Shown piece by piece: positions 57,154 to 64,000 of a stretch of 64,000 nucleotides of DNA. Source of the DNA: Eledone cirrhosa. Its lineage: Eukaryota. Every line of letters begins with the position of its first letter. Position 1 is the first letter of the stretch. The notes under the pieces are model-generated. The model was not told where the DNA came from. It was given only the letters and a program-made list of their open reading frames with translations, and searched no databases. The position numbers and the translations under genes were made by a program. The stretch is taken from assembly GCA_964016885.1 (NCBI GenBank), contig OZ024743.1, forward strand, positions 147,746,001 to 147,810,000. The letters are read 5' to 3'.

Positions 57154-58557
57154 GTTTTCTTTCTGTCTTGTTTTTTTAAATTTAATCAAACTCATTAATG
57201 TCGAAACAACAATGAGAGGTGCAGAAAAGCAGCCAAATCAGTCTCGAATTGCATACTATTACCTTAAAAAGGAAAGATTACTTTGATCAATGTCTTGCTT
57301 GATACGTAGAAAGAAATGATGATAATGGCTTAAAATGTTTTGGGAAGGTTCGGGTCTATTCGAGCTGATATTCTTCTAAATGTCAACATGTGTACCATAA
57401 TGAGATAAGATGTAATCTTGTGGAAAGCATAAATTCGACTTATGTGACTAGCGTCCTGGTGAGTTTTAATCTTCTCCTAATAAACGGTGGTGTGTATTAT
57501 CATTCTCATCAATAACAGAAGATATCATTAAACTATTAACAAAGTAAACTTTGGATTAGATTCCAAACTTCCTCCTTGAAATTGCACCTCGTTTCTCAAA
57601 AGTTCATATTCAAATCAGGCTCAAACCCATCGTCTAAAGTAGGAGTCTGTAACATATTCCATTGGCGGGCCACTTTTGAACATTGGAACAACTATTAGGG
57701 ACATTAATATTTATTAAGCATTATTCCAAAGATTCAACACAACTTCTGTCTATAACATCGAACTGGGAAATTATAACACACATAGTCCTGTCAGTGAAAA
57801 CATTTAGATAAGGTCAGCTAACATAAAATTGTAGTACGGTTACGAAAAACATTCTAAATAAACCTACAATGTAAAAATTAAAAACGGTCATTGCAGGCCA
57901 CTCTGACTGGTCTTTACGTACCGGCCTGTGGCCCGCGGGCCGCTTGTTGCGCGACCCTCCGCTTCTATTAATTATAGAATCAGATATTTTAGTGTGTATT
58001 TTAGCTAGTAAGGCGCTATTCTTAAATAACTTTTCGAAATGTTGGTAATGCTCTAGTCTGTTAGTTGCTATGGAGATTGTAATGGAATCACCGAATTACC
58101 GTTCATTTTTCCATATTCGCCTTCATACACTCAAATGCTTAGTCTATGTTGCTGACCTCGGGGACAATACTATTTACTGTTAGCTGGACCCAGATGAGAA
58201 CTCGTGATGGGCAGACTCCTTACCCGCTGTAACAGCGAAAATACTATTTGTTCAGCATTTAAAAAATAACGGTTACCAATTTGTTGGAATGTTTCGTTGT
58301 GTTAGGAGGTTTGTTTTAATGTCGGTATAAGAAAAATACTAAATAAGTTGCTCGATTTAGTTTCCATAAATCTTCTTTTCTCTAAGGAAATTTATCACAA
58401 AATATTAAGGAATAATTAAACACCACCAAGGTAATATTCTAACAATTTGTTATTTCTAATATTTAATGTTCTATTTCCCTTGCTGTATCCTGCAGTAAAA
58501 AGCATTTTTTTCTACACTTTTCACAATGTTTCAATCACATTATATCTCCTTCTTCTA

Positions 58558-58745
58558 GGGCATTGGATTGGCAGTATCGGTAGAGGGTCGGGCGCCATGC
58601 TTTGCAGCAAAGAGTTACGGCTATTTATGGTTTCAGTTCAAATCCCGCCGAGGTTAACTTTGCCTTTCATCCTTGCGGGGTCGATAAAATAAAGTACCAG
58701 TAATACACTGGGATAATTGTTGGCCTTGTGCCAAAAGTAGAAACA
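58558..58745 (+). mobile_element. tRNA-derived SINE with 16-bp TSD
   Basis: TSD ATTATATCTCCTTCTT at 58539-58554 and 58746-58761. Confidence 0.9.
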
Positions 58746-59322
58746 ATTATATCTCCTTCTTATTATCGATTCACTACTTACGAAACAATATATTTTCCAA
58801 TAGGCTGAACCAACTGTTTGTAAAGGCGTTCGCATCATATACCCAGATTAACGATTATTCGCTAAGATAATGTGATATCAACATTCAAAATGTGCAGAAA
58901 TAACGTTCGTTATGACGAGGTAATTTAAAGAGCGAACCCTTTCAAAAATCAAATTTCAAAGTTGAAAATTTCATTCCTAGAAAGAAAGATCGAAAAGTAG
59001 AAAAATGAGTCAACAAAAAATTATCTCTAAAGATGAGGCTAATATTATAAGAAATTATAATCTTAATAAAAATAATCTTCCCAGACTCATATATTTAGAT
59101 ATAATTAATCTTAAATTCTTCGTTACCTTCAATGTCCCCGTTGATGTGTGTACATCGATATAATCTATATGTATGGACGTCCGCCAGTTTTGACGATGAA
59201 TATGACAAAATTCTGGTTTCTGGAGACATAACATTACACAGAGAATTGAATGGCATGATGTCGCTGAGTGGACACAAAGATATTAAGTTATCTTAATCTA
59301 ATTACACACTGTCAACGCGCAG

Positions 59323-59384
<62 letters not shown>

Positions 59385-59389
59385 TATAG

Positions 59390-60850
59390 ACGCTATAACA
59401 CGAGAAGTGGACATAACACCACTTAACATGTTTGTAGCTATAATTACGCCAACCACAATAGTGGCAGGTATGGTGATGGAGATAATAATCATAATAGGAT
59501 TAACACCAGCCCTCACCATCTTAGAGGTGACAACAAAAACATTGCAACTGTCGTAACCCTGTCATCTGTCCACTCCGAGGCTACTGCTTGACTAGAAACG
59601 TTATCTATAGATGCACGGTTACTAGTTTTTAATATTGTTAAAACTTGCATAGGAGCTACTTCTGGGGCGTTCAATTCTAGATTTCGGTCCCATCTCCACT
59701 CTTTTAGGAATAGGAAGCTTAGATACTCTACTTCCCTCGCTAATTATATTACCCAGTTAACAGACTCTAATATTAGCTACACCACTCATTGAGAAATTGT
59801 GGATCAAGCAACACCATATAATTAAAAAAAAAAGCTGCCAGCTCGGCCTAATGGAACTGTTTTATATAATGCAAGCACCCCAGGAACTCATAAATAGTCG
59901 GGCCGAAACTGTCATCAATTGCGGCCGTCGACTACAACAATCTTTCTACAGATGGACCACTACAACGGAATAACCACTATAACACCTGATGCTCTCAGCA
60001 CCGCACCCTGGCCTCACTTACCAGCGGTAGATTTAGCATTAAACAATGTGGAATAACACCACTGTTTTCTCACTAGGATGTTGCACAGCATATATCAAGT
60101 CGGGCCTATCCCGCTATATTCTTCCTCTCGGCTAGACTGGATTTAAGTAACCTTATGAACTTTGCTTAAACTTGAATAACTTCTTAGACAATTGATCATA
60201 TGAACATACTACTTCGATCCAAAGGGGCTTTATTTTTCCAGGCCTTCTAATTCGCAACCTAAAATGCCCCCATGAATGAGGTATACCTGTTGTTAGTCTT
60301 TAACGACTTTACCAATAGTCTTTCATATTCACACCTTAACACGGCTTCATTTATATTGAGTTGACCAACCCTGCATATATTAATTCCTTTTAAATAGAAA
60401 AACAAAATGTTCCATAGCTAATACTGGTCATAACTTAATTAGTAAACTTTATACTGGCACCGGTAATTACCTCCCTTAGCAAACTACACTCCTTTTCACC
60501 GTGTTTACACGTTTAACATTTAAATTTACTATGCAAGATGATGTAAAACTTTTATTTAACGTTTTTAGGGTATGTAATTAAAAGCTTTGCTTGCAATATC
60601 TGCCTCAGATTGGGCGAAACGCGTGTAAGAGCTTTATAATGATATGTTTTAACAGCTTGTAACTCTTTCATCAATTATTTTGCTATTCACGGCTTTGCTT
60701 AACCTTACACATAATATTAACTTTCTCTAATATTTAACCCTGTTAACCCAAGCATCGAGCACTTATGCATCCGCTTTTGGCATGTAATATTTTGTATTGC
60801 ACTTCTTTATACCTCTTCTTTGTATCCTCTTTTACGATACTGTAACCTAT
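59390..60850 (+). mobile_element. Penelope-like remnant, same family as 4478-6040 (decayed EN 59543-~59960, 3' pLTR ~60540-60850)
   Basis: CNCRNPVICPLRGYCLTRNVIYRCTV...IGATSGAFNSRFRSH...YSTSLANYI...ELFYI...LINSRAE; tail similar to 5810-6030. Confidence 0.8.
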
Positions 60851-60874
60851 TATGTATATATCTATCTATCTATC

Positions 60875-60928
<54 letters not shown>

Positions 60929-61790
60929 TAGAGAGAGGAGTGAGAGAGGGAAGAGAGATAAAGAAAGAAAGAGAGAGAGATGTATAGTTGTAGAAAGTAG
61001 GAAAAACATAGAAGTGCATCGAAATCTAATGTCACTTAACAACTTATAAACATTCTTATTGTTATCTTAAAATGATGAAACGAACATATTTAAATGAAAT
61101 ATATTTACAGATTATTCTCAGGTTATCTGTTTTTAAATAAATGCAAACACGAGAAAATAATTAGTCACAGAAGTAATATACAAGCTCTTGCACAAAATCT
61201 CCGAGATAATTCGAAATGGAACAACCTGCAATAAAATATCTTGCTCAAAACACCACCTAGCCAAAGAATCTAAATCACGAATTAACGACCGAGAATCAAA
61301 CGCACAGTTGAACACCTTAATAATCCAAGCACCTTCACAGTATATAAACTAGCTCATAATATTTTTAGATGCTGCATCAGATTAGGCAAAATTTCCTTCA
61401 TTTAAAGAAAATCATTCAGGAGATCAGCAGGTCGAACAAAAGCAAGCACTCTAACCATGTGAGAGTACTACCACACACGTTATGGATGTTGTATAGACAT
61501 TTGTACGTATTCAATTATTGGAATGATGTATATTTTAGACACATGAATTTTGAGAGTCAAATTTCACGATGGAGAGATTTTGTCGCAGAAGCCAAAATAA
61601 AGTTAGCCAGTCCTGTACATGTCTTTGTTGCACGATCTATGAGTTCCTAGCCTCACAACCCATTGTTCTTGCAATAATTATTTCTACCATAGGCCTACGA
61701 CAAGAACAATTCATTAAATACTGGTATTTGAATCATATTTAAACAGTCGACCCAGATTAAGAGTTGTCCCGCATATCATAGCCAAAAATG

Positions 61791-61865
<75 letters not shown>

Positions 61866-62646
61866 TATAAAGAATTAATATCTAGTAACATATATATACA
61901 TACAGATGCATATCAATGCTAGCAAATATATAGGTTTTGCCTTAGTAACATTGTGGTTCAATGCATGGGGTTGCTGAACAATAATATGAGAGACGTAAAA
62001 TAAGAAAATTATAAAATTAACTTACTTACTAAAATATCACTTCCAACTAATTAGTTTCTGGAATGGAGTAAATATATTTTCCGAAGAAGATATAGAGAAA
62101 CATTTCTTATTTTACGTCTCTGATATTATAGTTCTGCAACCCCATGCATTGAACCACAATGTTACTAAGACAAAACCTATATATTTGCTAGCATTGATAT
62201 GCATCTGTATGTATATATATGTTACTAGATATTAATTCTATATAATTATCTCCAAATTATTTGTCGAGCAATATTGGCCATGACTGCTGCTATGGTAGTA
62301 GGCAGGCCGCTGTCTTATTAGCAAACCACTTTCCACTGATTGACCTCGATGTCACGTAATTGATTCTTTTTGAATTTGCCACAGACGCAGAGGCAGTGAT
62401 TTTCTCAATGGCTAGGAATTCAGTCCACGCTTTGCTATTTCCTATCCACTGAATTATTTTTTAATAAGTTTCCAGAGTCCTCGCTTTGCCTGGAAACTCA
62501 GATTCTCATAGAGTTCCCTGACGACGGAATGTTTCTCTATATCTTCTTCGGAAAATATATTTACTCCATTCCAGAAACTAATTAGTTGGAAGTGATATTT
62601 TAGTAAGTAAGTTAATTTTATAATTTTCTTATTTTACGTCTCTCAT
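61866..62646. mobile_element. ~522-bp HHR repeat unit (family G) with head-to-head inverted partial copy
   Basis: cttattttacgtctct recurs at 62106 and 62628; 61866-62103 is the reverse complement of the unit junction; both ends abut (TA)n. Confidence 0.85.
62514..62591 (+). ncRNA. type I hammerhead ribozyme (family G)
   Basis: uucc CUGACGA c ggaaug...cauucc a GAAA cuaauua GUU ggaa; palindromic ACUAAUUAGU helix III. Confidence 0.8.
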
Positions 62647-62803
62647 ATATATATATATATATATTAGAAAGTGAGGTTTTTTTTTTAAATGAAAAATAAC
62701 CAAGGTGTCCTATACGAGTGAAAGTATAAAGAAAAAAAGATGAAATCGAAAATGCAACTGGGGTCTTATTTAAAAAGTATATATATATATATTTATTTGG
62801 TTC

Positions 62804-62839
62804 CTTTACCGGTTTCGCAGTTGTTCTGCTTTTCAAAAG
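62804..62839 (-). ncRNA. minimal hammerhead, U3-A8 variant (family I); sister copy 63095-63131 (plus)
   Basis: cuu UUGAAAA gcag aacaa cugc GAAA ccg GUA aag; palindromic ACCGGU. Confidence 0.6.
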
Positions 62840-62868
62840 TAGAGTTGAGATGGAGGGGCTGTGGTTTT

Positions 62869-63018
<150 letters not shown>

Positions 63019-63200
63019 GAAAATGAGGTTTTTTTGTTAAATGAAAAAAAAAGCGAGATGTCCTACACGAGTGAAAGTATAAGGAAAGCATAACTTATTG
63101 AAGAGCATAAGAACTGTGAAACCGGTAAAGGAAACAAATGAATATTCTTAAAAAGACTCCAGTTGAATTTTCGACTTCATCTTTTTTCCTTATATATATA

Positions 63201-64000
63201 CTAGCAGTAAAGCCCGGCGTTGCTCGGGGCTGCTCAGTAGCTGTGTTAAAGTCACAATGTTAAGTTCCTTTCTTGGTTTAAAAACTGTAGAGTCGACAGT
63301 GTAGACTTTCATATGGTACTTTTGATTAATATTCCCTCAACCAACAGTATGCCTTATGAAGTTAAGAAAACATAACCATAACCCGAATGTTAAAACAAAA
63401 GAGGATGCTGGGGATAAAAACTGCACTGGTAATCTATTAACAAAAATCGAAAGTGTAAACACTCAAACCCTTGTCTCAGAGAAAAACATCAGCATAACCA
63501 AACTATAAGTTATTTTGAAACAAAGAAATTGGATGGACATGAAAAACAAAAGAAAAATGCGTTATCCGAAGTCGAGGGGGCAGGCAGCATCAAAGAAGTT
63601 CGCACATGTGATAAAAAATATTGACAATGTAATAGCGTAGATGTTTAAGTATAAACTATGAAGAATATCTTGAATATCTTGAAGGAAACCTCTTGAGAGT
63701 GAATGGGTGCCTGTAGGAAGAAGCCTCAATGGCTGTGGTGGATCCCTAGGAGGGTGCAAGTTGACCTTACCATTAGAGCAGCACACTCCGGCTGGTTCAC
63801 CCGGTCACTTTTTGGCTTTGCAAAACTGGCAAATTTCAGACATGCCGCCGATTTGAATATGAGGGTGTATAGCATAATTATTAGCGGGGACATAATTGAA
63901 AGCCTTCAATGATCATTCTGATTTCGCAGCCCTCGAAATACCTCGCTTATTGGCTTTATACTGATCCCCCACCCCCACTCCACCCCACCCCAGTCGAATA
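63201..64000 (-). mobile_element. non-autonomous Helitron (3' end at 63201) with RepHel N-terminal fragment
   Basis: Minus-strand hairpin CCCGAGCAACGCCGGG then CTAG|T. ~63670-63905 reads AFNYVP..NYAIHPHIQIGGMSEICQFCKAKK*PGE..GVCCSNGKVNL.PP.DPPQPL. Confidence 0.8.

Noticed and set aside
57890-57960. GGCCCGCGGGCCG hAT-like right end as partner of 15028
   Set aside because: 43 kb apart, TIR degraded and no TSD; probably an unrelated remnant

Overview
AT-rich eukaryotic non-genic DNA, very dense in (TA)n, (CA)n, (GA)n and (TAA)n microsatellites. The repeat content looks like a cephalopod (Octopus-type) genome; this is an inference. I found no convincing host gene, and most ORFs in the supplied track are microsatellite artefacts. 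The window is a transposon patchwork: a 5'-truncated Tx1-clade LINE, two R4/Dong-clade LINE 3' fragments in (TAA)n, a decayed near-complete RTE LINE, a CRE-like fragment, about 14 copies of one tRNA-derived SINE, a Helitron remnant, hAT and mariner scraps, and five Penelope-like (Neptune-type) GIY-YIG endonuclease fragments. The main hidden signal is roughly 20 type I hammerhead ribozyme (HHR) motifs from about 9 sequence families, some with non-canonical cores (U3-A8, U4A). They sit in Penelope pseudo-LTRs and in non-coding ~470-580-bp tandem units resembling non-LTR retrozymes. These units insert head-to-head with both 3' ends in (TA)n, and two families share an octamer (ATGCAAAT) about 80-85 nt upstream of the ribozyme core. 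The abundant SINE shares its 3' tail and an ATTA target preference with the Tx1 LINE. All folds and coordinates were read by eye and need computational confirmation.
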